Positions 43,605 through 53,338 are shown, counted from the first letter of the stretch. The stretch is DNA of 62,135 nt from Terriglobales bacterium (GCA_035632755.1 DASQGF010000168.1:1-62135); one strand, 5' to 3'. Program-made: numbers and translations. Notes: generated by a model not told the origin, from the letters alone.

Positions 43605-44330
43605 TCAAAACGGCGCCACGTATTTCCCCCGGCGTCGAATCTCGGAGAGCCACGCGGCGCGCGGGTAGCCGGAGCTGGCCAGGAGTTTGATCTCGGCTTC
43701 CACATCGTATTCCACGCGACGAATAATGACGTTGCCATCCTCCACCAGCAGATAAGAGGCGCGCGGATCGCCATCGTAGGTCACGCCTGCGCTGCCGCTG
43801 TTGGCCACCACCAATCCTGGAACTCGCCGCACGTACGGGCGGTGGATGTGTCCGTAGACCACGATGGCGGCGCCGACTCCGCCGTAGGTGGCGAGAAGCT
43901 GCTGAGGATCGCAATCCGGCATGGGAGCCTGCCACAGATCGCCGGGGCTGGCATGCATCAACAGCAAATCCTGATTCCGCCATTCGAGCGGAAGCGCTCG
44001 CAGCCACTGAGTGCGTTCGTCACCAAGCAGTTCGCGCGTTGCCGGCGCAAATTCATGGAACAGGATCTCCAGCAGGACGCGAAGTTTGGAAGCGCGCTTT
44101 ATCTGCCGGTCGAACTGTTCGGGAGCCCAGAGCATCTCGTCGGTGTTGCCCACCACGCCCGGCCAGCCCAGGTCCCGGATTCGGTCGACGACTTCCGCGG
44201 GACGATTGCCGCTGGCCGCCAGGTCCCCACCGTGAACCACAAGATCAGGGCTCGCCGTCTTCAGGTCGGCGATGACTGCCTCGAGAGCGGTGAGGTTGCC
44301 GTGAATGTCCGAGACGATTGCCAGACGCAT
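43605..44330 (-). CDS. metallophosphoesterase (YfcE/MJ0936-like)
   Basis: 241 aa from MRLAIVSDIHGN. Contains GGDL, GNTD and YGHIH motifs. The upstream 88 codons of the track ORF look non-coding. Confidence 0.85.
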   Translation of the reverse strand: MRLAIVSDIHGNLTALEAVIADLKTASPDLVVHGGDLAASGNRPAEVVDRIRDLGWPGVVGNTDEMLWAPEQFDRQIKRASKLRVLLEILFHEFAPATRELLGDERTQWLRALPLEWRNQDLLLMHASPGDLWQAPMPDCDPQQLLATYGGVGAAIVVYGHIHRPYVRRVPGLVVANSGSAGVTYDGDPRASYLLVEDGNVIIRRVEYDVEAEIKLLASSGYPRAAWLSEIRRRGKYVAPF

Positions 44331-44341
44331 AAAGAAGGATT

Positions 44342-45796
44342 CTAGGCGCGGCTGAGCAGTGGCGATGGGTAGTCGCGCAACCAACGCGTGCTCTGCTCGT
44401 AGCCGTGCGCGAGCTGGAGCACAGCGAAATCGGCATGTCGCCTGCCGATGATCTGCATCCCCATCGGCAGCCCGTCGCGGCTGAACCCGACAGGCACATT
44501 GACCACGGGGAACCCCAGCATCGATGCCAGGACGACCACCTCCATCCAGCGGTGGTACGTGTCCATGGCGATGCCGTTGATCGTCTGCGGCCAATGGATA
44601 CTCGCGTCGAACGGGAACACCTGCGCGCTGGGCAGCGCGAGGTACTCGTATGTTTCGAACAGCTTCAGGACCGCGCGATAGAGCTCGGAGCGGGTGACCG
44701 AAGCGCGGTACACATCCTGCGCGCTTAACCTCAAGCCGCCCTCGACTTCCCAGACTGCTTCCGGTTTCATCTGTGCGCGCTTCGCCGGGTCCTTGTAGAG
44801 CGCGCCCAGATTACCGGCGATGAGCCAGTGCCGCAGCGTGACCCAGGCCTCCCACATCCGCTCGGGCGGAAAGCCAAGCCCGATTTCTTCGGCCGTGCAT
44901 CCCGCGCCTTCGAGCGCCTTGAGCGCATCGCGGCAAAGTGCCATGATGCCGGGCTCCATGGGCAGAGATCCGCCAAGATCGCCGAACCACGCCACACGAG
45001 TGCCGCGAAAATCGCGTTCCAGGTTGCGCGTGAAGATGGCCGGGTCCTCCTCGATCGAGAAGGGCGCTCGCGCATCAGGTCCAGCCATCACCGAGAGCAG
45101 CATGGCGAGGTCGGCGACGCTGCGGGCCATCGGGCCCGGGACCAACTGCCCGAGGAACAGCTCGATCTCGGCGGAGGGCACGCGTCCATAGGAGGGGCGC
45201 AGCGCCAGGACGTTATTGTAGGCGGCAGGATTGCGCAGCGAGCCCATCATGTCGCTGCCATCGGCGACCGGCAGCATGCGCAGGGCAAGCGCCACGGCCG
45301 CACCTCCGCTGCTGCCGCCGGCCGTCTTCGAGAGATTGTAAGGATTCAGCGTGGTCCCAAAAATCGGGTTATAGGTCTGCGACCCCATGCCGAATTCCGG
45401 CACGTTGGTTTTCCCGATGATGATGGCGCCGCTGCTCCTCAGCCGCTCGACGAAGATGGCGTCCTCACCGGGCACGGTGTCGAGCAGAGGAGAGCCCCAG
45501 GTGGTGCGGAGGCCGCGGGTCGGCGCCAGGTCTTTCACCGCGTACGGGAAGCCGTGCATCCAGCCGCAACGCTGGCCGCGCGCCAGTTCGCGGTCACGCT
45601 CCTCCGCCTGCTGCAGCAGCGCCTCGCGCGGCTCAAGCGAGACGATGGCGTTGACTTTGGGGTTGAAGCGCTCGATCTGGTCGAGAAAGCCGGCCATCAC
45701 CTCGCGGCACGAGAGCTCTTTCGTGCCGATGGCTTTGGACAGCGCGAGGCCGTCCATCAAGACCAGGCCGGAAACCGAGTTCGGGAGGGCCGGCAC
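44342..45796 (-). CDS. amidase (amidase-signature family)
   Basis: 484 aa with signature GGSSGGAAVALA and KDL...GKTN context. Confidence 0.9.
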   Translation of the reverse strand: MPALPNSVSGLVLMDGLALSKAIGTKELSCREVMAGFLDQIERFNPKVNAIVSLEPREALLQQAEERDRELARGQRCGWMHGFPYAVKDLAPTRGLRTTWGSPLLDTVPGEDAIFVERLRSSGAIIIGKTNVPEFGMGSQTYNPIFGTTLNPYNLSKTAGGSSGGAAVALALRMLPVADGSDMMGSLRNPAAYNNVLALRPSYGRVPSAEIELFLGQLVPGPMARSVADLAMLLSVMAGPDARAPFSIEEDPAIFTRNLERDFRGTRVAWFGDLGGSLPMEPGIMALCRDALKALEGAGCTAEEIGLGFPPERMWEAWVTLRHWLIAGNLGALYKDPAKRAQMKPEAVWEVEGGLRLSAQDVYRASVTRSELYRAVLKLFETYEYLALPSAQVFPFDASIHWPQTINGIAMDTYHRWMEVVVLASMLGFPVVNVPVGFSRDGLPMGMQIIGRRHADFAVLQLAHGYEQSTRWLRDYPSPLLSRA

Positions 45797-45818
45797 TCGC
45801 TGCGCGATGACGCTCTCC

Positions 45819-46013
45819 TTACGAGGGCTCTTTCTTCTCGGACTTCTCGGACGAGTCAGGAGCGGGCTTTGGTGGCTCTTCTTTCACTGCCGATCTGAAG
45901 CTGCGGATACCTTCTCCCAGGCTCTTGCCCAGCTCGCCCAGCTTCTTCGGACCGAACAGCAGCAGCGCAATTCCCAGGATAAGGAGAATTTCCGGAAGGC
46001 CTAGTTCGCCCAT
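45819..46013 (-). CDS. tatA: twin-arginine translocase subunit TatA/E
   Basis: MGELGLPEILLILGIALLLFGPKKLGELGKSLGEGIRSFR, the canonical TatA TM plus amphipathic helix. Confidence 0.9.
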   Translation of the reverse strand: MGELGLPEILLILGIALLLFGPKKLGELGKSLGEGIRSFRSAVKEEPPKPAPDSSEKSEKKEPS

Positions 46014-46271
46014 GATAGAACCTCAATGCAAAGCAAACTACCAACTGTAATCCTAGCAGAGATGCTGCGTGGGGCAGGCATCTCCTCATTCTGGGAGCCC
46101 TTGTTGCAGCGGAAGGTTCCGCGTCAAGCCGGTGACCCATGGTTCAGCACGAAGTGATGGGCATCACTGACCCTGGGGCCGCGGCCGGCATAACTTGGTA
46201 AGTGGATAGAGGCCATGATCCGTCCTTCTGCGCCGGCACTGGCTGCGACGTTTGGCGAAAGGAGGTCCGCT

Positions 46272-46670
46272 ATGAAGCGGAGATTCATTCTCGCCGGAGG
46301 CATTCTCGTTGTCTTGACGGTGACCCTGACGTGGGCGCAAGCCCCAGCCAGCGCTCCCAAGTATGACCTTGCCAATGAAGTGACCATCAAGGGTGTGGTG
46401 CAGGAAGTGAAGGATTTCCAGTGCCCGGTCAGCGGCGGCATGGGCGCGCACCTGGTGGTCAAGACGGACAAGGGCACGGTCACCGTTCACCTCGCCCTAA
46501 GCAAGTTCCTCAGCGAATACGGGTTCGGTTTCGCCAAGGGGGATGAGATCCAGATCATCGGTGTCAAGGCCAAGGTTGGCGACGACGAGAACGCTATCCT
46601 GGCGCGCAAGATCGAACGCGGCAACCAGAGCTTCACTTTCCGCGACAAGACCGGCAAGCCGCTCTGGTAG
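46272..46670 (+). CDS. secreted hypothetical protein (132 aa)
   Basis: GGAGG lies 6 nt upstream. Signal peptide MKRRFILAGGILVVLTVTLTWAQA. I recognise no family. Confidence 0.65.
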   Translation: MKRRFILAGGILVVLTVTLTWAQAPASAPKYDLANEVTIKGVVQEVKDFQCPVSGGMGAHLVVKTDKGTVTVHLALSKFLSEYGFGFAKGDEIQIIGVKAKVGDDENAILARKIERGNQSFTFRDKTGKPLW

Positions 46671-46684
46671 CCGACCCAATGCCG

Positions 46685-46712
46685 GTAGAGACGCAGCATG
46701 CTGCGTCTCTAC
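46685..46712. terminator. 28-nt perfect palindrome GTAGAGACGCAGCATGCTGCGTCTCTAC
   Basis: Read directly. It lies 15 nt after the stop of 46272..46670. It is the reference copy of a hairpin that recurs in this window. Confidence 0.6.
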
Positions 46713-46761
46713 ACCTGACTCATTTGAACCCCTACCATTGGTGCGATAGCATCGCCTGCGA

Positions 46762-48354
46762 ATGCGAACTCGTTTCCGCGCGCCTTTCCGCCGCCCGGTT
46801 TTTCTGCTTGGCCTGGCGGCGTTCCTCACCGCGCTTGTGGTGCAGTCCGGCGAACTAGGTTCCAGCGACACCGCGCACCGCCTGCAGGCGACGCATTCCT
46901 TCTGGACTTCCCAGCCCGCGGTGCTGCCGGAGGATTACCCGGATTTCGGGCTCATTGGCCGCGGTGGCCGCATCTATGGCTGGTACGGCCTCGGCCAGTC
47001 GCTGCTCATGCTGCCCTCTGACATCGTGGGCACTTACCTCGAGAAGCTGCCCATCTTCGCCGACTACGAAGGAAACGATCCCAGCGTACGAGACATGGTA
47101 GTGAGCGTCACTACCAACACCCTGGTGTGTGTCCTTGCCATTCTGATGTGCTTCCGCTTCCTCCGCCGGCTGGAGTTCACGGTCGCGCAGGCGATGACCG
47201 GCGCGCTGGGGCTGCTGTTCGCCACCACCTTCCTGCACTACACCCAGAACATGTTGGAGAACAACCTCATCATGCTGCTGACGCTGACGGGGTTCTGTTT
47301 CCAGTACGAGTGGCTGCGCACCGGCCGCACTCGCGCCTTGCTCTACGGCTCGCTTGCCCTGGGTGCCAACCTGCTCGTGCGTCTGACCACCGCGCTTGAC
47401 CTCGTCGCCGTCGGATCGTTCCTGCTGCTGGTGCTGCTGATGGAAAAAGCCGGGTGGCCAAACATCAAGGCGCGCCTGAGCGCCTATCTGAAGATCGTCA
47501 CGCCCTGCTACGCGCTCTTCTTCGCCATCGATCGCGCCTACCAGTACTACCGCTTCGGCTCGGTCTTCAACACTTATTTATCTGTTTTCGCTGAGCAGCA
47601 GAAACAGCTCGATCCCAGCTTGCCGGCGAATTTTCCCTGGAGCACACCCTGGCGTGTGGGCCTGCTGGGGCCGCTGATCACGCCGGAAAAATCGATTTTT
47701 CTTTTCGACCCGCTCATCGTGCTCTCGCTGTTGCTGGCACCGTTGCTGTGGAAACGGCTGCGTCCGGAGATGCGCGCCTGGCTTGCGGTGACGGCGCTGC
47801 TAGTGGCCACGTACATAATCTTTTATGCCCGCTACATGGTGTGGAGCGGTGATTTCGCCTGGGGAGACCGCTACGTCTCGACCGCGGTCGAAGTGCTGGC
47901 GATGATGGCCATCCCGCTGCTCTTGCGGCACCGGCAGCAACTCCGGCCGCTCTGCTTCCGAACCGGGCTGGTACTGGTGGCCGTGAGCGTCGCCTTCCAG
48001 CTTGCGTCGGTCGCGTTCTGGCATCCGCTCGAGATCTATCAGATGAACACCCTCGGGCACCCGACGTTCGTGATCGGCTTGCGCTTCGAGAACATCGCCG
48101 CGGTTGCGCTCGGAAAAGTACAAGCGTGGGGGCTGAGCAACTCCTGGACCTGGGATGACCCCTGGCAGCGGCTGCGTTCCACCACGCCATACTTCCTCCC
48201 GTTCCTGCTGGGGAAAAACGCCGATGTGCCGCGCTGGCTGGCCCACACGCTTGCGGTTGCCTGGTTTGGGCTGCTGGCAGGATTGCTGGCGGTGCTGGCG
48301 GTGATCCGGCGCAGAATGGCGCGGCAAGGGTTCGACGGTCCCGCTGTTGTGTGA
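46762..48354 (+). CDS. polytopic membrane protein, possibly a GT-C-fold (ArnT/PMT-like) glycosyltransferase
   Basis: 530 aa with about 12 predicted TM helices and size/topology like GT39/GT83 enzymes. I could not see a clear catalytic DE motif, so the function is tentative. Confidence 0.45.
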   Translation: MRTRFRAPFRRPVFLLGLAAFLTALVVQSGELGSSDTAHRLQATHSFWTSQPAVLPEDYPDFGLIGRGGRIYGWYGLGQSLLMLPSDIVGTYLEKLPIFADYEGNDPSVRDMVVSVTTNTLVCVLAILMCFRFLRRLEFTVAQAMTGALGLLFATTFLHYTQNMLENNLIMLLTLTGFCFQYEWLRTGRTRALLYGSLALGANLLVRLTTALDLVAVGSFLLLVLLMEKAGWPNIKARLSAYLKIVTPCYALFFAIDRAYQYYRFGSVFNTYLSVFAEQQKQLDPSLPANFPWSTPWRVGLLGPLITPEKSIFLFDPLIVLSLLLAPLLWKRLRPEMRAWLAVTALLVATYIIFYARYMVWSGDFAWGDRYVSTAVEVLAMMAIPLLLRHRQQLRPLCFRTGLVLVAVSVAFQLASVAFWHPLEIYQMNTLGHPTFVIGLRFENIAAVALGKVQAWGLSNSWTWDDPWQRLRSTTPYFLPFLLGKNADVPRWLAHTLAVAWFGLLAGLLAVLAVIRRRMARQGFDGPAVV

Positions 48355-48380
48355 AGACGCAGCTTGCTACGTCTCTGCAC
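48351..48380. repeat. degenerate copy (25/30) of the GTAGAGACGCAGCATGCTGCGTCTCTAC hairpin
   Basis: GTGAAGACGCAGCTTGCTACGTCTCTGCAC. It overlaps the TGA stop (48352-48354) of the preceding gene. Confidence 0.6.
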
Positions 48381-48382
48381 CG

Positions 48383-49018
48383 TCAGTCCGCCGGAACGCC
48401 TGCCGTCACTGCCGTGCGCTTCTGTTTGGCGGCTACGGCCGACGTTGCCCAAACCACCAGCCGATACCCCAGCAGCACACCCAGCACAATGCCGTACTCG
48501 ATCGGCCGATGGATGTCTTTCTTCATCGCCCAGGTGAAGTGCACGATAGCCGCCGTGGCGCTCACATAGATCAGCCGGTGCAGCCACTGCCAGCGCCGCC
48601 CGCCCAGGCGCTGGATCATCTTGCGCGTTGAAGTCACGGCCAGCGGGACCAGCAGCACGAACGCAGTGAAACCCAGGGTGATGAACGGACGCTTGTACAC
48701 GTCCTTGATCATGCTGTGGACGTCGAACCCCTGGTCGAGCCAGATGAAGGTGAGAAAGTGCAGGCAGCCGTAGAAGAAAGCGAACAGCCCGATCATGCGG
48801 CGCAGCCCGATGAGCCAGAGCTGGCCGGTGAGCTTGCGCAGCGGCGTGATCGCGAGTGTGACCAGCAAAAAGATCAGGGTCCAGTCGCCGGTCGAGTGGG
48901 TGATAGCCTCGATGGGATTGGCGCCCAGGTTCGCCGTCGCGCCCTTCCAGAACAGCCGCGCCAGTGGCACGAGGCATGCAGGGAAGATCGCGAGTTTGAG
49001 CCAGCCGACGTGGGTCAT
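48383..49018 (-). CDS. msrQ: protein-methionine-sulfoxide reductase haem-binding subunit
   Basis: 211 aa YedZ-like protein with six TM helices and conserved His residues (FFYGCLHFLTF, WLHRLIY). Confidence 0.85.
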   Translation of the reverse strand: MTHVGWLKLAIFPACLVPLARLFWKGATANLGANPIEAITHSTGDWTLIFLLVTLAITPLRKLTGQLWLIGLRRMIGLFAFFYGCLHFLTFIWLDQGFDVHSMIKDVYKRPFITLGFTAFVLLVPLAVTSTRKMIQRLGGRRWQWLHRLIYVSATAAIVHFTWAMKKDIHRPIEYGIVLGVLLGYRLVVWATSAVAAKQKRTAVTAGVPAD

Positions 49019-49996
49019 TTAGAAGTATTTTCGCAGATCCATTCCGGCGTAAAGCAGCGCCACCTGGTCGCCGTAGCCGTTGAACGGCCGCGTCGGGATC
49101 TTCTTGATCGAGGCGAAGAAGCCGCTGCCGTCGATACGCCGCTCCGTCTTCTGGCTCCAGCGCGGATGATCAACGTCCGGGTTAACGTTGGAATAAAACC
49201 CATACTCGCCGGGCGCGGCCTGGTTCCAGGTGTTGATGGGCTGCTGCTCCACCAGCCGTATCTTCACAATCGATTTGGCGCTCTTGAAGCCGTACTTCCA
49301 GGGCAGCACGATGCGCACCGGCGCGCCGTCCTGGTTGGGCAGGGCTTCACCGTAGAGGCCCACGCACAGGATGGCCAGCGGATGCATCGCCTCGTCGAGG
49401 CGCAAGCCCTCGACGTAGGGCCAGTCCAGGATTCGAGCTCGCTGGCCCGGCATCTGTTTCGGATCGAGGATGGTGGTGAACTCCACGTATTTCGCTTTCC
49501 CCAGCAGGTCCACCTGCTTCAGCAGCTTGCTCAGCGGGTAACCCACCCAGGGGATCACCATTGACCAGCCTTCCACGCAGCGATGGCGGTACACGCGCTC
49601 TTCGAGCGGCGCCAGCTTCAGGATGTCGTCGATGTCAAACGTGCGCGGCTTCTGTACCAACCCTTCCACCTTCACCTGCCAGGGGCGCGTGCGGAAGTCC
49701 TTGGCCAGTTGTGCCGGCCCGTCCTTGTCGGTGGAGAACTCGTAGAAGTTGTTGTAGGTGGTCACGTCTTTGTACGGCGTAAGCTTTTCATCGGTGCCAA
49801 ACGGTCCTTTGACCGTGCTTAGCTTCGCGCCCGCGTGCGCCACTTGGGCGGGAGACGCCATCTCCAGCAGCCGTCGTCCGGCGAGCAGCGAGGCGCCGGC
49901 CGCCGCCGCTCCCGCCATGAAGGTGCGCCGGCTCAGGTAGGCGCGCTTGGGCGTGATCTGGGACGAAGGTATGTCGGCAGTTTTTTTGATCAGCAT
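49019..49996 (-). CDS. msrP: protein-methionine-sulfoxide reductase molybdopterin catalytic subunit
   Basis: 325 aa from MLIKKTADI. Tat signal [19 protein letters not shown]. YedY-type sequence ([29 protein letters not shown]). The stop directly abuts the msrQ start. Confidence 0.9.
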   Translation of the reverse strand: MLIKKTADIPSSQITPKRAYLSRRTFMAGAAAAGASLLAGRRLLEMASPAQVAHAGAKLSTVKGPFGTDEKLTPYKDVTTYNNFYEFSTDKDGPAQLAKDFRTRPWQVKVEGLVQKPRTFDIDDILKLAPLEERVYRHRCVEGWSMVIPWVGYPLSKLLKQVDLLGKAKYVEFTTILDPKQMPGQRARILDWPYVEGLRLDEAMHPLAILCVGLYGEALPNQDGAPVRIVLPWKYGFKSAKSIVKIRLVEQQPINTWNQAAPGEYGFYSNVNPDVDHPRWSQKTERRIDGSGFFASIKKIPTRPFNGYGDQVALLYAGMDLRKYF

Positions 49997-50225
49997 GTTC
50001 CCCCCACAACCCCAGTACGTATTCCAACGGCTGGCGGATTGCCCCCAGTCAATCAGACTCACAGGACGGCCAAAAGTTTCGCGCACCCTCTCGATGCCGG
50101 GGATTTCGCCTTCGCCATTCTTTCAGAGATGGTCATACCGACCCTCTGCCAGATCGGTCCCCGGGAAGCGCGCTCTTAAACAGTATTGAATCGACGAATC
50201 ATATCGTATTAAACTGCACACCATT

Positions 50226-50627
50226 ATGGATCTCATTCGTCCCCGCGACGCCGCCACCGTGCTGGGCATCAGCTATCCCACGGTGAAGCAATGGATCTAC
50301 AAAGGCAAGCTGCGCACCGTCAAGACCGCCGGCGGCCATCACCGCATCCCGCAGAGCGAACTCGATCGCTACCTGCACCGGCTGCACGAGAAGCCAGGCC
50401 CGAAGCGCCGCCGCAACTTCCGCCGCATCAGCGGGCGCAACCAGCTCGTCGGACGGGTCCTCGAAGTGCGCACCAGCGGGTTGATGGCCCAGGTGAAGCT
50501 CTCCATCGGCGGCCAGACCATCACCTCCATCATCACCGCCGACGCTGTACGCGAGATGCGGCTGAGAAGAGGTGATACTGCCGCCGCACTCATCAAGTCC
50601 ACCGAGGTGATGATCGTCCGGGTGTGA
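50226..50627 (+). CDS. excisionase-type HTH plus TOBE/Mop (molybdate-binding) domain regulator
   Basis: N-terminus ATVLGISYPTVKQWIYKGKLRTVKTAGGHHRI (MerR/excisionase HTH). C-terminus SGRNQLVGRVLEV...QVKLSIGGQTITSIIT...GDTAAALIKSTEVMI (TOBE). Confidence 0.8.
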   Translation: MDLIRPRDAATVLGISYPTVKQWIYKGKLRTVKTAGGHHRIPQSELDRYLHRLHEKPGPKRRRNFRRISGRNQLVGRVLEVRTSGLMAQVKLSIGGQTITSIITADAVREMRLRRGDTAAALIKSTEVMIVRV

Positions 50628-50644
50628 AGCGGACGTGAACCCGC

Positions 50645-51826
50645 ATGACGACCTCGCCCCCAAACATCGCCGAACCCAGGGCCCGTATACGCTTCGATCG
50701 CAACGAACTCTCCGGCGCCTTCGGCGATATGGGCACTGACTTCCCCCTCATCGCCGGGATGATCCTGGCTGCGGGCCTGAACCCTGCCAGCGTGCTGACC
50801 CTCTTCGGCGGCATGCAGATTCTCACCGGACTGCTGTACGGCATTCCCATGCCGGCGCAGCCGTTAAAGGCGATGGCGGTGATTGTCATCAGCCAGAAGG
50901 CAAGCGGCGCCGCGCTGTTCGGAGCCGGTTTGGCGATCGGCGTGGTGATGCTTGTGTTCGCCGCCACCGGGCTGCTGACATTGCTGGCGAATACCGTCCC
51001 GAAGTCGGTGGTTCGCGGAATCCAGTTCGGCCTGGGCCTCCAGTTGGCCACACTGGCGTTGCGGGATTATGTGCCGGCGGAGGGCGCTGCCGGTCTCGTT
51101 CTGGCGGTAGTCGCTTTTTTCCTTACTCTGTTGCTGCTGGGGAACCGGCGGATGCCTCCAGCGCCATTCGTGCTCGCATTAGGGCTCGCCTTCGCGCTCC
51201 TGTTTCGCGTTCACCCAAAACTGGTCATGCAAGGCGTCGGATTCGTCCCACCCGCACTGCATGTGCCCACCCGGCACGATATTTGGGTCGGCTTCTATCT
51301 GCTCGCCATCCCGCAGCTCGCGTTATCGTTCGGCAACTCGATTCTGGCGACGTGGCAGGTTGCCGCCGACCTGTTCCCCGGGCGGGATCTCACGATCAAG
51401 AAGATTGGCCTGACGTACTCCGCCATGAATCTAGTCAACCCGTTCTTTGGCGGCGTTCCGACCTGCCACGGATCGGGTGGGATGGTGGGCCACTACACCT
51501 TCGGAGCGCGGACCGGTGGCTCGGTCATCATCTACGGTTTTTTCTACCTGATACTCGGACTTTTCTTCTCCGCCGCTTTTCAGCAGGTCATTCCCCTGTT
51601 TCCCAAACCTGTGCTCGGGATCATGCTGCTGTTTGAAGCCCTGGCCTTGCTGCTTCTCTGTCGTGACATGGCAGCGTCGCTCGCGGATTTCGCCGTGGTT
51701 CTCATGGTGGGGCTGAGCGCGGTGGCGCTGCCTTACGGGTATGTGATCGGACTCATACTCGGGCTGCTGCTTCACTACCTATTCTTGAACCGGCTTCGGC
51801 GCTTCAGGCGCGAGCAGACGAAGTAG
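50645..51826 (+). CDS. MOT1-like putative molybdate/sulfate transporter
   Basis: 393 aa. N-terminal ELSGAFGDMGTDFPLI motif as in the SulP-related molybdate transporter family, about 10 TM helices. Confidence 0.7.
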   Translation: MTTSPPNIAEPRARIRFDRNELSGAFGDMGTDFPLIAGMILAAGLNPASVLTLFGGMQILTGLLYGIPMPAQPLKAMAVIVISQKASGAALFGAGLAIGVVMLVFAATGLLTLLANTVPKSVVRGIQFGLGLQLATLALRDYVPAEGAAGLVLAVVAFFLTLLLLGNRRMPPAPFVLALGLAFALLFRVHPKLVMQGVGFVPPALHVPTRHDIWVGFYLLAIPQLALSFGNSILATWQVAADLFPGRDLTIKKIGLTYSAMNLVNPFFGGVPTCHGSGGMVGHYTFGARTGGSVIIYGFFYLILGLFFSAAFQQVIPLFPKPVLGIMLLFEALALLLLCRDMAASLADFAVVLMVGLSAVALPYGYVIGLILGLLLHYLFLNRLRRFRREQTK

Positions 51827-51891
51827 CCAGAGATCTATTCTGCTGGGTTAGGGTGGAAGCAGCTCAGCATTTTACTATCGTCAGGAGTCCC

Positions 51892-52131
51892 TCACTGTGT
51901 GGATGTCGGGGCATTGTTTTCAATCTCCGCCTTAGCGCTGAGAAACTCCTGGCTCCATTGCTTGCCTGAACACTCGGCGCACTCATCTATGGTGTTTCCT
52001 ACAGCGAAACAGTGATAGCAGGGCTGGCCCTGGTTGCTGGGAAATTTCCCACACTGCGGACAAGGATCAAACGGCCCAGCTTCGCCGTTGCGGTGCTCCT
52101 CATAAAGCTCGTGTTCACAAACGATGCACAT
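51892..52131 (-). CDS. 79-aa cysteine-rich protein with four CxxC pairs (double zinc-ribbon-like)
   Basis: MCIVCEHELYEEHRNGEAGPFDPCPQCGKFPSNQGQPCYHCFAVGNTIDECAECSGKQW. GGAGG lies 5 nt upstream of this ATG. The local G+C is visibly lower than the flanks. Confidence 0.55.
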   Translation of the reverse strand: MCIVCEHELYEEHRNGEAGPFDPCPQCGKFPSNQGQPCYHCFAVGNTIDECAECSGKQWSQEFLSAKAEIENNAPTSTQ

Positions 52132-52216
52132 TGCATCCTCCAACTCAGTTGAGGCACAAAACTACCACAAATGGACGATGTCGGCTTGGAAGGTAATCGC
52201 GGTAGAGAAGGACAAC

Positions 52217-53296
52217 TCAAGGCCATTCTTCCGCTGCATTCGCCGCCACCAGGTTCAATTGGTCGAAGCCAACGAACACGGGCTCGGGCTGGAGTTGGAT
52301 GCCGAACTCGTCGAGTACGCCCTGCTGAATCTCGTTTTTCAACGCGACGATGTCGGCGGCGGTGGCGCCGCCGCGGTTGACGATGGCCAGCGCGTGCCTG
52401 CGCGAAATACCCACCGGACCGCGCTCCAGACCCTTGGCGAAGCCCGCATGCTCCACCAGCCACGCGGCCGCCACCTTGACCATGCCATCTTTCGCAGGGA
52501 AGTTGGGGACGGGGTCCACGCGGGCTTGCAGTCGTTCGAATGCCTCATGCGTGAGAACCGGGTTCTTGAAGAACGATCCTGCACTGCGGCAGTCGTCGTC
52601 GCCGGGAACGATCAACATGGCCTTGCTGAGGCGGATCGCGCGCACTGCCTCGCGCGTCTCGGCCAGCGTCGGCGGGCGGCTGCGGCCGGCGAAGTGGCGT
52701 TTCAAGTCGGCGTATTCGATGCGCGCAGCGCCTCCGGGCGCGAGCACGAACGTCAATCGCAACACGATGTAGCGCCCGCGCTCCCGCGTGTTGAAGATGC
52801 TGGTGCGGTAGGCGAAGCCGGAGTCGGCATTCTCCAACTCGCGGAAGTCGCCGCTCGTCGTGTCGAGCACGCGCACGCTGGTGATGGTGTCGGCGACCTC
52901 CTGCCCGTAGGCACCGACGTTCTGTACTGGCGTGCCCCCGACCGTCCCCGGGATACCGCTCAGGCACTCGATTCCCGCGCAACCGCGTGCGACCGCGTGC
53001 GCGACGAAGCCGTCCCAGTCTTCGCCCGCGGCGGCTTCGAACATCATGCGCGCGCCGTCGCGCCGCTGCGAGATCCCGGTCAGCGCGATCTTCAGCACCA
53101 GGCCCGGCCAGCCCGCGTCGGAGATGACGAGGTTGCTGCCGCCGCCCAGCACGAACAGTGGCCATCCACGCGTCTGCGCTTCTGCGACGGCCGTGCGCAC
53201 GTCCTCCTCACTGCGTGCTTCCACGAAATAGCGCGCCGGCCCGCCGACCTTGAAGGTGGTCAGCGGGGCGAGCTGGACCTGCTGCTGGATCTGCAT
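52217..53296 (-). CDS. murB: UDP-N-acetylenolpyruvoylglucosamine reductase
   Basis: 359 aa. Contains LAPLTTFKVGGPARYF, LGGGSNL and the C-terminal MurB domain (SAGSFFKNP). Confidence 0.9.
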   Translation of the reverse strand: MQIQQQVQLAPLTTFKVGGPARYFVEARSEEDVRTAVAEAQTRGWPLFVLGGGSNLVISDAGWPGLVLKIALTGISQRRDGARMMFEAAAGEDWDGFVAHAVARGCAGIECLSGIPGTVGGTPVQNVGAYGQEVADTITSVRVLDTTSGDFRELENADSGFAYRTSIFNTRERGRYIVLRLTFVLAPGGAARIEYADLKRHFAGRSRPPTLAETREAVRAIRLSKAMLIVPGDDDCRSAGSFFKNPVLTHEAFERLQARVDPVPNFPAKDGMVKVAAAWLVEHAGFAKGLERGPVGISRRHALAIVNRGGATAADIVALKNEIQQGVLDEFGIQLQPEPVFVGFDQLNLVAANAAEEWP

Positions 53297-53338
53297 GCGG
53301 GCTCAGAATAGCAGAGGCAAAACCGCGTAGCACTCGCG

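Noticed and set aside
49997-50225. Possible Moco riboswitch in the msrP / TOBE-regulator divergent region
   Set aside because: No convincing match to the conserved Moco motif segments on either strand by inspection. It is left only as a suggested cmscan check.
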